DNA of 63,791 nucleotides, the filler included, from Dicyema japonicum (Eukaryota; Animalia; Dicyemida): NCBI GenBank assembly GCA_011109175.1. It is 9 parts of 9 records of this genome, joined end to end, with 100 filler letters (N's around TTAATTAATTAA, not from the genome) between each part and the next. Parts side by side here need not be neighbours in the genome. Positions count along the whole stretch, not along the records: positions 34,524 to 47,376 come from RDEW01000008.1; 8 more parts are not named here. One strand, 5' to 3'. A model generated the notes under the pieces. The model saw only the letters and a list, made by a program, of their open reading frames with translations, had not been told where the DNA came from and did no database searches. The position numbers and the translations under genes were made by a program. Each line of letters starts with the position of its first letter. Position 1 is the first letter of the stretch. Positions 35,114 to 47,476 of this stretch are shown piece after piece.

Positions 35114-35990
35114 ATGTCCATAAAGGCGACCAATCCAGAACCCATGAGCAAGAAAGCTAAACCAATTAGTAAAAGCTATACGAAAACGACCGACATCACT
35201 ATGGAGTACTCAGACAACCTGAATTTTCAAATCTCAGTATACTCAACTATGAGCGCCATAAAGATCGTTAATGTACTGTACCCTCACGACGAATCAAGAT
35301 CTACGAAGATGAGCCACAGAGGCTCAGGTACCTTTCGCCTTGAATTCTAAATCAACTATGACACGATGGCTTTTATAGAACCCGTGAACGATGNAAAACG
35401 ACCGACACCACTATGGAGTACTCAGACAACCTGAATTTTCAAATCTCAGCATACTCAACTATGAGCGCCATTAAGATCTTTAATGTACTGTACCCTCACG
35501 ACGAATCAAGATCTACGAAGATGAGCCACAGAGGCTCAGGCACCTTTCGCCTTGAATTCTAAATCAACTATGACACGATGGCTTTTATAGAACCCGTGAA
35601 CGATGCTTGCCTCTTCGGACCTGACAATCACCAAGATAACCTTGAGGCCATCAGAAATTGTAATGAAGAACTTAACACTTTGGGTTGAGAACAGCGATCT
35701 CGTGAACTATCTCCAAGAGATGGTCCCATCCACTAGGAAGATCTCTTAAATGTTCAGAGGATGAAAGACTTGCCAATGGCCAAGGCGTCAGTCGGATACA
35801 AAGCAGAAGCCACATCGCTAGTCCGATGTGACTTTTTCATTGGAAGAAACGAGGTCACTTGCTAATGGATGCTGAGATTTGCTATAAATGCCAACAAATC
35901 GGACACTCTGCATACCAATCCAACTACAGGGAGAATTGTTTCCAGTGTGCAGGAGATAAAAAAAGACGTGGAGATACAAAAAGTCTTTCG
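35114..35990 (+). mobile_element. LINE ORF1 (gag-like zinc knuckle) remnant
   Basis: ICYKCQQIGHSA...NCFQCAG CCHC knuckles; internal stops; duplicated across N35394. Confidence 0.6.
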
Positions 35991-37302
35991 TGTCTAAAAA
36001 CGGTAGCTGAACGCATATCCATTTCCCGAGATTGGCAAACTGATAGATGATAAGGCAGTGAAATAGCCACCTAGCTATGTCTTGGTCTAAAAGTGTGTGA
36101 GGAACAAAAATTTCGTTGTGAACGCTTGATCGATATGTCCACCATCCATCATCTTGCNCGGTAGCTGAACCCATATCCATTTCCCGAAATTGGCAAACTG
36201 CTAGATGATAAGGCAATGAAATAGCCACCTGGCTATGTTTTGGTCTAAAAGTATGTGAGGAGCAAAAATTTTGTTGTGAACGCTTGATCGATATGTCCAC
36301 CATCCATCATCTTGCAGATTGAGCGAGGCCCGTTACCTAAGGCATTCATGTCTCAACGTGATGCGGAAAAGCACTTTCCTCTGGTTGGTATCAGTGCATT
36401 TTGAACACTACTGGTCTCACCGGAGACGATGGTAAACGTCCAACAGATGAATTGGATCGATTCAATAATCTAAAAACTCACCAAGAATCTACGTGAGACT
36501 AGATGGCTTAGGGAGCTTATCTCGATCGCTATTGTCTGAGGAAATAGCCTGGAAATTAATGCTCCCTATATTAATTTAATTATTTTTGATATCTATATAA
36601 AACGAAGGGAGTGGCACAGTGTAAAGCGGAACAGTGTAACGAATGTCGAGTAAAAGACCTGATGGCCAAATTTGATGCTGTACATTTGGGGTGAAGAAAA
36701 ATTATGCTGTAGTTCTAACCGGAGGCATTCGCTTTCCAAGAAAAACATATTTGTTTTACAATAAACAATTATAATCTTACGCAAATTCTGCAATCATTTA
36801 TTAATGATAAACAACGGGCTACAATATTTGACATAAAATGGTGGATGGTTCTTTTAATACAGAAAGATTTCTAATTTTTATAGAAAATAGTAAGACTCAA
36901 AATTTTATAATAAAAAAATCCTAATAATGGATAATGTCAAATTTTATCATTCAGAATCGATAAAACATTTTAAAATATTTTAACATATAAATGAAATCTT
37001 TTCGTTTTTATTTTAAAAATTTTCAATTTATTTATGGTTTCTTTATTAATCATGAAAATTTTCCATATACTTATGGGAAACACAGTAAGAAATAGTAGAA
37101 TTGTGGAGTTTATTATCTGTTTTATGAAATGGATAAAAGAACAGAAATAATCGAAGTTTAACTGTAATTTGGTAAAGTCGTTGATTTTAAATAAAAGAAA
37201 AGGCACAGATTTTAGCAATGAAAATGTTTATGAGCTAACAAATATCCAAAATGAAGACGACTCTGCAAATGTTATCGAATCCTCTTTGTCCACTGAAAAA
37301 AT

Positions 37303-39350
37303 TCATAGCCAGAGTTTGAAATTCCCAGGTATATCCGTCTGATAGATTTTCCTGGTGAGTCTTTTTCTTGGGATGGAGTCAAATGCCATGTAAATGTCTA
37401 NNNNNNNNNNNNNNNNNNNNNNNNNNNNNNNNNNNNNNNNNNNNNNNNNNNNNNNNNNNNNNNNNNNNNNNNNNNNNNNNNNNNNNNNNNNNNNNNNNNN
37501 NNNNNNNNNNNNNNNNNNNAATATTTGACATGAAATGGTGGATGGTTCTTTTAATACAAAAAGATTTTTATAGAAAATAGTAAGACTCAAAATTTTATAA
37601 TAAAAAATCCTAATAATGGATAATGTTAAATTTCATCATTCAGAATCGATAAAACATTGTAAAGTATTTTAACATTAAAATGATATCTTTTATACTTAAG
37701 GAAATTGCTGTCCTCAACCCTAAGAAGTAATTGATGCCAGGTCGTTTTTAGTTTTCTCATCTTCAATATCGGGTAGATATAGGCGAATTTCCTTAGTAAG
37801 GTGATCGCATTTTTCCTTAAAGACCAATTACAGATCGAAAACCTTCAGTAGATATTTTCCTTTTGGAGCCACTCCAGACTACCGTCTGACATTTTTTAAA
37901 CTGAACGAGGACTACAGCGATTTTGTCTTTTGTTTTATAAATGAGATGGAGGCTATTTGACATTTTCTTCGCTCAAACAGCCTTTGGTAAAAAAATCTAC
38001 TGTGGACCCGACGAGTGTATCGAGGAGCGAATGAACAATCCATTATCAACCAATGTGTAACTTAGACGTCCATAGGTAAATAAGGGGTGACGTCTCAACA
38101 AAGATAGGCTTGAAAACGATCTGGTCCCCAATGATGCGTTACTTACTCTTTTTCAACTTTAGAAGTGCTCACTGTGGAACCTGTGAAAGAACGATGACTT
38201 GAGCAAATTTGCATTAGAGAAAGTGTCAATATACATTAAATACCAAGAAAGACACCTCAATTTATTCTTGGCATGTCGTTGCGTCATCTGTCTTTTGCTA
38301 TCACCTCTATCATAAACGATGTGTTTTGAAGCCATGTAAACCCGGCGTCTTTACCTATCATAACCGATGTGTTCTTGAAGACTTGAATGTTGAATTTAAC
38401 ATAGCGTAATAAGGGAATTTAATTTATTTTACAAGTTTCCAAATATTTTACGTTAATAACCTGTTTGACTTGACTGAATTTATTAAGGACGAGGTGTGAA
38501 GGAAGCCTTGATACTTAATTTTTTTAATATTAAGTATATTTATGCATAATTAAAAAAAATTTAATTTATTTTACAAGTTTCCAAATATTTTACGTTAATA
38601 ACCTGTTTGACTTGACTGAATTTATTAAGGACGAGGTGTGAAGGAAGCCTTGATACTTAATTTTTTTAATATTAAGTATATTTATGCATAATTAAAAAAA
38701 TTATTCATTTAAATTGCCAACAATGACAGCAGTTCTTTCTAAGATGTTTCCATTATTAAATTTTAGCTTAGACAGAACTCGCACTTTAAATTACTACGAA
38801 ACTAATTTATTTATTTAGAACCAAGAATCACCGACAAATAAAAGAGATTATGGGTCGTCAGGTGATCCTAGCCTCTTTGAGCATCATCTTTCCTCTGTAT
38901 TTCTCGAGAGTGCCGACACATTTTCGTAGTGGACAAATGACTTTATGGAGATTTAGATGTTTTGGCAGAGCTTCCGTATTTATCAGGAGTTTCTCGAACG
39001 GGGTTGGTTTTAATATCGAGAAGGATCTTTGTAAGGTCTATGTTAATTGTCTTTTGAAAGGAGTTTATATTTTAAGGTTTGTATGGGATATAATAGAACC
39101 CCAAGCCGCGCAACAGTAGATAATTGACGGAAGAATATATTGATTTTAAAGATGATCTACTGATGGGTGTAGCAATCCCTTGTAGTATCCAAGTAGCATT
39201 TTTACAAAATTCAATTTTCGCTGGTAAAAAGAGATTATTTTGCTTACATTTTTTGCTGAAGGTCATTAGTGGGTCATATGTGACCCCCGTTATTTTGGTT
39301 GAATTTTGGAGGGGATTGTTATCCCATTTAAGGTCAATGAAGACAACGAG
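37303..39350 (-). mobile_element. Cluster of degenerate LINE RT fragments
   Basis: DIYMAFDSIPRKRL..KIYQTDIPG (37303-37400), SGVAPKG (about 37870), ITGVTYDPLMTFSK...YCCAAWG (38830-39350). Confidence 0.6.
38417..38700. repeat. ~142-bp tandem duplication
   Basis: Two essentially identical units TTTAATTTATTTTACAAGTTTCC...GCATAATTAAAAAAA. Confidence 0.8.
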
Positions 39351-40469
39351 CTAGTTAATCTTCTATTGAAAGTAAAGATCGAAGAGCACGACATTTTTCT
39401 TTAATGCAATAATTTTTTTATTAAATTTAATCTGTCATGAGATTGATAAATTTTTATTAAATATAAATTAAAATAAAAAACTATTTTAATAAATAAATAA
39501 TAAATTATTCCTGGATAATTATAATAATAAATAGTAAAAAATATGGTTATAGGTTGCCAAAATAAAACAATTAAATAGGGATTGTGATGTACANNNNNNN
39601 NNNNNNNNNNNNNNNNNNNNNNNNNNNNNNNNNNNNNNNNNNNNNNNNNNNNNNNNNNNNNNNNNNNNNNNNNNNNNNNNNNNNNNNNNNNNNNNNNNNN
39701 NNNNNNNNNNNNNNNNNNNNNNNNNNNNNNNNNNNNNNNNNNNNNNNNNNNNNNNNNNNNNNNNNNNNNNNNNNNNNNNNNNNNNNNNNNNNNNNNNNNN
39801 NNNNNNNNNNNNNNNNNNNNNNNNNNNNNNNNNNNNNNNNNNNNNNNNNNNNNNNNNNNNNNNNNNNNNNNNNNNNNNNNNNNNNNNNNNNNNNNNNNNN
39901 NNNNNNNNNNNNNNNNNNNNNNNNNNNNNNNNNNNNNNNNNNNNNNNNNNNNNNNNNNNNNNNNNNNNNNNNNNNNNNNNNNNNNNNNNNNNNNNNNNNN
40001 NNNNNNNNNNNNNNNNNNNNNNNNNNNNNNNNNNNNNNNNNNNNNNNNNNNNNNNNNNNNNNNNNNNNNNNNNNNNNNNNNNNNNNNNNNNNNNNNNNNN
40101 NNNNNNNNNNNNNNNNNNNNNNNNNNNNNNNNNNNNNNNNNNNNNNNNNNNNNNNNNNNNNNNNNNNNNNNNNNNNNNNNNNNNNNNNNNNNNNNNNNNN
40201 NNNNNNNNNNNNNNNNNNNNNNNNNNNNNNNNNNNNNNNNNNNNNNNNNNNNCATTAAATTCTGCTAAATTATTGCTATTGTCAATTAAACGTGGGACGA
40301 TATTTCAAGTTTATAAATTAATCTCGAGTATATTGTTAAATAGCAAATTCGTGATTGGCATATAAAATCTGTCAATCTAAAATTAATGAATAAATTATTA
40401 TTTATAAATTCATAAGGGAGGTGAAACAAACAAATTTTTTCCTCTAATGTATTATTATTATTATTAAAG

Positions 40470-41570
40470 CACTTTCACGAAAGCCATAATGATTATAGCC
40501 CCGCATGTGCAACACTCAAAGAAAAAATATTTATAGTTAGTCTTTTCCATCTTCCTCTGTCGAATGCGAGTGATCTCAATTCGTCCAGGTCGTCTCCCGT
40601 CTTTAGATTTTTTCTCACACGATTTAAGTCTTTGTTTAGGGCTGTCGGAAGTGTCGATCTAGGTCGTCCGCGGAAGGGTTTTTCGCAACTGTCAAAGTAA
40701 TCTTCCATCGCTTTGTTAGCGGGTGCGTCCGGGTTCATTCTTAGTACATGCCCAAATAGCCTCCACCGGGCGTCTATCACATCCTTGCTGATGTAAGAAC
40801 ACATACACTTGTTGTAGATACCAGTGGTTGATATTCTACATGGCCACTCCATTCCGAGTAAGCTTCTTAGTTGCCTTCTATGGAACGAATCCAGTTTCAA
40901 TAGTTCGTTGAAGGAACTTCCCCATGTCCATACAGTATGATCGGTTTCACAAACGCGTTGTAAAACCTGCATCTGATGTCAATTCCAAGTCCTTCAGTTT
41001 AGCCATTGCCGCATTTGCCAGTGTTTTCATCTTTAGTACATTTTCAGCGTCTCCTAGTAGAGAGCCGAGCTTATTAGTACGTCTCCATCTTTCATGAGTA
41101 ATATCGTCTTTTCTTTTGATTTCCGTAAATTCAGTTTTGTTAACATTTACGCTGAGAAACCATTTCTCAAGCTCCGCAGGTGCATTTTCTAGCAGGTGTT
41201 GGAGTGCGGTCAAATCCCGTGATACAAAATCCACATCATCCGCATAAGATGCCTCTTCTATGTCTCCTATATAGCATTTACGGAGGTCGTGGAGTGAAGA
41301 TTCAAGGTATATGGTGAATAGTAAAGGGGAGAGGGAATCACCCTGGGGTATCCCAATCGTTGTTTTGAAACTGCGGGAAGTTGCTCCTTCTGTCCTCACA
41401 GATAGTCTTGTGTTCGCAAGTAGTAGTCTGATTATCCTAACCGACGATTCATCCAATATTTGCTCAAGCACATTCATCAGTTTCTGTCTGTTTATTGAGT
41501 CGAAAGCTCTGGAGAGATCTATTCCCAACACGGTTGTTGTGCTTTTGAATCTTTGGTGCGTTGTGCAGCG
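40470..41570 (-). mobile_element. RTE-clade LINE, RT and 3' end
   Basis: DLSRAFDSI, GIPQGDSLSPLLF, YADDVDF, LDSFHRRQLR, RWRLFGHVLRM, RGRPRST, HAGL* followed by TATGGCTTTCGTGAAAGTGC and an (AAT)n tail. Confidence 0.93.
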
Positions 41571-41699
41571 CCATCTGTGGCTTTATACAATGTCTGCCGT
41601 AGACCTTTCTTATTAATTATTCTAATGTATAGGATTCTTAAAAAATCTAAGTTCGTTTACTACGGACGAAAAGCGCTGTTTTTTAGCTTTGAATAATTA

Positions 41700-42450
41700 A
41701 ATAAAAGCCAAAGGTCAAATATATTCATGTGCGCTCGACATTAACCTATCTCCGTTTGCAGACTTGAAGGAAAACAACCCCATGGGGTGACTATTTTCCC
41801 ATCCGAAACCGTGTAACCTCATGTATAAGACTTCATCTAATCAACAAATAGCTCCTTCAATCTAAATCTGAATCCTTTGGAGCCTGCTCTGCCGCTGAGA
41901 AGGAGAGAGGTCAAAGCGAGCAAAATACACAGTCCTACCTAAAAAATGTTTTTTTGCTCAGTTTGATTTGAAACATCCGATTCCCCTGCCCTTCGACGCA
42001 CGAATTCCTGGGTCGTTTAAAGAATCGGAATTCCACACGCACTGGAGCTAATCGTTATTTGTGCGAATCACTCTCGCTATCTTTAAGAGGAATAGCCATG
42101 AAATCAGGGGAAAACTATATGATCCTCAGAATGATTGTTTCTAAATGTTAAAAATTCTTTTGTTATCCGAAAAAATTAATAACAACAAAAGAATCAAAGA
42201 AAAACATATTAAAGAAAGAAGTTAAGAGTTAATTACCATCAAATCAAGGATTATCCAGTTCTTATGGTCAGACTAAGACGTATCTTCTCCAAGTATACGT
42301 CCATCAAAATCTTCATTGTGGAACCCCTTTGCTGAAAAAAGGAATAGAGAAATCCTATTTGAATGCAGATTAGGAAATGGACGTTTTCTGAGACATTTGG
42401 ATCACATAACTCATAAATTTGAGAAAGCCACAGAGTAAACGGTATCATTC
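41700..42450 (-). mobile_element. Possible decayed Ty3/gypsy protease-RT fragment
   Basis: Broken reading resembling FSKIDL...IVTPWG; very degenerate. Confidence 0.3.
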
Positions 42451-43273
42451 GATCAGGTAGGTAATTGTGTGAAAATAAAAATGTGAATTAAAAAATATAA
42501 TAAAATTTAAATTTATTTTGTAAATTAAAAAATATTATTTATAATAAAATATTTATAAAATTTAAATCTCCACATGAGTCGTAAGAACGTTTATCGGAGA
42601 AAACTTTCAAAGGGTAAACAGCTTCAAAAGCGAATCCCCACAAATTTAATTGGTACTTTAACTAAAAGAATGAAACATTTGACGAAAATTCTGACGGGCT
42701 TTCAACTTGTTTTACACTCAACGATACAGCATCCGTGATCACTAACAAAACCCTCAAAGAGTCGGGTTTGAATAAGGAAGGAAGAAGAAAATTGAAGCGT
42801 AAAATTTGGAGAGAAAGTTGTCCCTGTTAAATTTTTCCGAGAAATACAAAATCCTGTAAAAACTGACTCTCTCATGGAAATAGAGAAATGGCCACAAGAG
42901 TCTTCTTTTCAAAGAGTCAAAGATTATTTAAATACAACTAAGAACATGAAGTAATTTTTATTTAAATTTTAAATATTTTATTAATAATTTATTTTTAATT
43001 TATTTAAATTTTAGAACCAAAAAATCGGTTGATTCATTTACTAAAAGAAAGAAAAAACAGTATGTTTAATTTTATTATTTTAAGAATTGATGAATTTATG
43101 GAGCTTAATAAAGCAATTAAAGAACAATAATTAAAAAAATCCACATTTTTATTATCCATAAGTTATTTTGAGTTCGTTTAATTTAGTTGTTTTCATTCGG
43201 TTGTTCAGGAACGCATACCTTCAGATTAACTTATCTATCTTAAAATAGTAGTCATTAGGCAGTATTGACAGAA

Positions 43274-43456
43274 TTAGTCGATCAGACTAGCAAGTTTTCT
43301 TTGCTTATCTTTTCCGGAATGGGCATGCCCCTCTTCTATCCTACCGAGCCTAAATATCAGTGACACCAAATACACTAACCATTTTCCAATAGTCAAACAA
43401 AAATTAAAATTGACTAAGCTAGTAACACTTCTGAATCTATAGTGTTTCTTTAACAC
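43274..43456 (-). mobile_element. Possible integrase zinc-binding (HHCC start) remnant
   Basis: RIEEGHAHSGKDKQRKL resembles H..TGHGGRD.M.KEL of Ginger/KRAB-A-type integrases; short. Confidence 0.25.
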
Positions 43457-44723
43457 AGCATAATTTTAATCAACCAGCGCAGTTTAGTTAATAAGTTTTA
43501 TTATTATTATTAAAAATTAATATTTAATAAAAGTTTTATATTTTTGTTTTATTAGGACAGTTAACATAGTGATAATAAGTCAGAAGATTTTGTGATAATT
43601 TAACCCGATGGATAAAGGATTTACTTGGGTACATTTGATATTTTATTATCTATAAAGTAGATATAACTTATCGCTCATTAAAAACTGTAGTTGAAAATGG
43701 ATTGGATTTACAAATTTAAAAGTCCGATTTTTGCTTTCGCAAAATTAAAAAAAACTGGAACAATGAAATACCAAGTTGGCCGCGTCAGCTTTGAGGAAAA
43801 ACATGTGGGGTTTTTATTTAACACTTTAATTTTCAAATAATTCAACATTTTATTCGGTTAAATATTCAAATTGATATTAGCCGATTAAATATTCAAATGA
43901 CGACTTTATGTGATATGAAACATGAAAAAAATCAACTTTTATTTTGGCTAAACAGTGAATATTATTAAATCCAATGTTCNNNNNNNNNNNNNNNNNNNNN
44001 NNNNNNNNNNNNNNNNNNNNNNNNNNNNNNNNNNNNNNNNNNNNNNNNNNNNNNNNNNNNNNNNNNNNNNNNNNNNNNNNNNNNNNNNNNNNNNNNNNNN
44101 NNNNNNNNNNNNNNNNNNNNNNNNNNNNNNNNNNNNNNNNNNNNNNNNNNNNNNNNNNNNNNNNNNNNNNNNNNNNNNNNNNNNNNNNNNNNNNNNNNNN
44201 NNNNNNNNNNNNNNNNNNNNNNNNNNNNNNNNNNNNNNNNNNNNNNNNNNNNNNNNNNNNNNNNNNNNNNNNNNNNNNNNNNNNNNNNNNNNNNNNNNNN
44301 NNNNNNNNNNNNNNNNNNNNNNNNNNNNNNNNNNNNNNNNNNNNNNNNNNNNNNNNNNNNNNNNNNNNNNNNNNNNNNNNNNNNNNNNNNNNNNNNNNNN
44401 NNNNNNNNNNNNNNNNNNNNNNNNNNNNNNNNNNNNNNNNNNNNNNNNNNNNNNNNNNNNNNNNNNNNNNNNNNNNNNNNNNNNNNNNNNNNNNNNNNNN
44501 NNNNNNNNNNNNNNNNNNNNNNNNNNNNNNNNNNNNNNNNNNNNNNNNNNNNNNNNNNNNNNNNNNNNNNNNNNNNNNNNNNNNNNNNNNNNNNNNNNNN
44601 NNNNNNNNNNNNNNNNNNNNNNNNNNNNNNNNNNNNNNNNNNNNNNNNNNNNNNNNNNNNNNNNNNNNNNNNNNNNNNNNNNNNNNNNNNNNNNNNNNNN
44701 NNNNNNNNNNNNNNNNNNNNNNN

Positions 44724-45700
44724 GATGTGTTTGGAAGAAGCATCTTCTATTAGTTATCCCGTAGAGGAACTCCTCCGCAGTTGGACCAAGTCTTAAGCTG
44801 AATCTTGCTGACACAATTTTGTGATCACTGTTAACAGTTAGTCCTCCATAAGATCTCGAGTCCCGTAAGAGAGATTTGTCTTTTACTCGACACAGAATAT
44901 AATCGATCTTATAAGTTTGCATATATGTGCGTAATTTTTATGTTATTTATCTCAGTTTGTACGCTTTGTGATAAAATTAGTCATACGACTTGTAAGTTTA
45001 GTCGCTAGTGTTGTAAGTGTGTTTGTGTGCCTTGTGAGCTGTGCTGTGATCGCTCAACACTACTCCGTGGTAAAATCATCTAACGTTTACCAATCCAACG
45101 TAACAAAAAGGTTGGGTTTACTGACTTAATGGGCATATTCCAGTATTAGCTATTCGGTCAAAAGTTTTCTTCCATTTCCTAAGTTTTTTACTTTCTCTTG
45201 TAGGTGATACCCAATCGTGAGATTGCAAGAAAAAAGTTCATTATTCTTTCACTCTATTAAATAGGACCTCTAAACTGCAAGGACTTGTATGTTTTTCTTG
45301 TCTTTGTGGTTCAGGAAATCCAAAAGATCTTAATGGAAGAAATATTCCTTTCTGAGTGACAAATACTTTTATCAAGACATCTTAGTTGAGATCTCTGAAG
45401 TTCTTTACAACACATTGCTATCGAGAGCTTTTGTACTTAACAACTAAAAATAATTCCCCTTTTTCAAAACAGTCTTTTCCAAGTTCTCCAAATTGAGCCA
45501 GTCATTTGTAGATCCTATGCTTCTTTGGTTTCCTGAGTCCATTAAGAAAGTGCATGAGATGTTATTTCCACATTGAGAAGATGAAGACATCCAGATATTA
45601 GAAATATGTCATAATGGATAAAAGATACGTTACCAGCTCATTATCGACCAATTATCTACTTGGAAACTCTTCTTTAGTTAGTAAGGTGGAAACTATCTAG
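44724..45700 (-). mobile_element. APE endonuclease fragments of LINE(s)
   Basis: IDYILCR...RSYGGLTVNSDHKIVSARF (RTE-type APE end), plus a degenerate LQF.G...INEL-like start. Confidence 0.7.
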
Positions 45701-46599
45701 GGACGATGGTCCAAAACTAACAATTTAGTCAACTCATTTTTTTACAATTCGCGAATAGGGTCCTTTATCAAAGGCATATGACACTACAAGAAGAATAACA
45801 CTGGCAAATGGCACACTGAACAAGATAAAGAAAATCTGTCTTGTACAGAGTCTGTCTATATAATGCAGTTTAGAAACCTAAATTTTTATACAACGTGAGT
45901 ACTTGGACATGCACAAGACAAAAACCTGGAATTCCGAACATTCGATGAATCCTATGACAGTTACGACTATATTTGTTTTTTTAATTTTTCGAATTTCTCT
46001 TTAACTTCGAGGTCAACATTTGTTGCTAAGCCATTTTGACTTTATTGAAATACAAAGTCAATTGCTAATGAAATATCGACAATTCACAAGATCAGCCTTG
46101 AAAAAAACCGAAATTCTTAAAAAGAGATACGAAAGTCACAGAGGACAAATAATTTTAAAACCGGCTGCACTCAAACTTTCTGGGATTAATAGGGGTAACT
46201 CACTTATCTTGCTGAATTGTATTGGTAATTTTATCAGGAAAAGTGATAGTTATGAAAGAAGAGCTGGCTCATTGACGCATTTTCTTAAGAATGGTGAAAG
46301 AGAATGAGTAATCAATGCTGAAAGCGGCTGTTAGTTTTTTTTAAAAACTTAGATTTGTTATTTGTTCACCACTCAACTGGAGGATTTTCNCTCATTGACG
46401 CATTTTCTTAAGAATGGTGAAAGAGAATGAGTAATCAATGCTGAAAGCGGCTAGTCTTAATTAACTAGCTGTTAATTTTTTTTTAAATCGTAGATTTGTT
46501 ATTTGTTCACCACTCAACTGGAGGATTTTCCACAGCTGCATAGACTGGACGTTTACTTCAATTTCTTGCTGTTCTTATAGGCTTGAGGAAATTTGTATT

Positions 46600-46862
46600 G
46601 GAGTTACCTTCTTAACGTCGATATTCAACTATTCGGATTTCTAGAAATCACCGAACTGGACCGACACCTCTGGAGGCTCTTATGTGACTAGACTGCAGAT
46701 CAAGGGAATGTGGCTTTGAAAAATCAGTCAGCCTTCCTGTACGTTCATACGCGGGTACGAGGGAAGAACACCCGGTAAAGATGAAGTCAATGTTAAAATG
46801 CATCGGGATGACGTGATAATTTCTTTGGACTAACAGTGGTTTTGGATTATTAAATAAAAATT
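46600..46862 (+). mobile_element. 3' end of the 27652-30515 LINE family
   Basis: CCTCTGGAGGCTCTTATG...CTGTACGTTCAT.CGCGGG.ACGA...AAAATGCATCGGGAT(G)ACGTGATAATT aligns by eye to 30320-30500. Confidence 0.85.
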
Positions 46863-47476
46863 TTTAAATATAAATTTATTCATAATGAAATTACGCATGG
46901 TCAACCATTTTATTAAATAAATAAATAAAGGTTTAAAATCGCGGTTAGACCGCATTTTTATTGGCAGCTGTTGCTAATGTATTTTTGAGCAATTTTCTTT
47001 CCACTATTGAAAGTAACCAGATCTATCAAAATTTTATCGGATAACTTTTTGATTTATCTCTCATATTACTATTCTATTAAATAAATAAATAAAGGTTTAA
47101 AATCGCGGTTAGACCGCATTTTTATTGGCAGCTGTTGCTAATGTATTTTTGAGCAATTTTCTTTCCACTATTGAAAGTAACCAGATCTATCAAAATTTTA
47201 TCGGATAATTTTTTGATTTATCTCTCATATTACTATTCTATCTTTTTAATAGTGAAGAGAGTATTATTGAAAAAAATACAGAAAATTATTCTTTTATTCA
47301 CATATTTCATATTCATTTCTCTTATTATCCATATTTTGGAACAATTTTACTATTATTTTTCAATCCTATCTATTATNNNNNNNNNNNNNNNNNNNNNNNN
47401 NNNNNNNNNNNNNNNNNNNNTTAATTAATTAANNNNNNNNNNNNNNNNNNNNNNNNNNNNNNNNNNNNNNNNNNNN

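Noticed and set aside
42570-43060. Possible transposase C-terminal remnant (EKWPQESSFQRVKDYL)
   Set aside because: Too short and degenerate to assign to a family.
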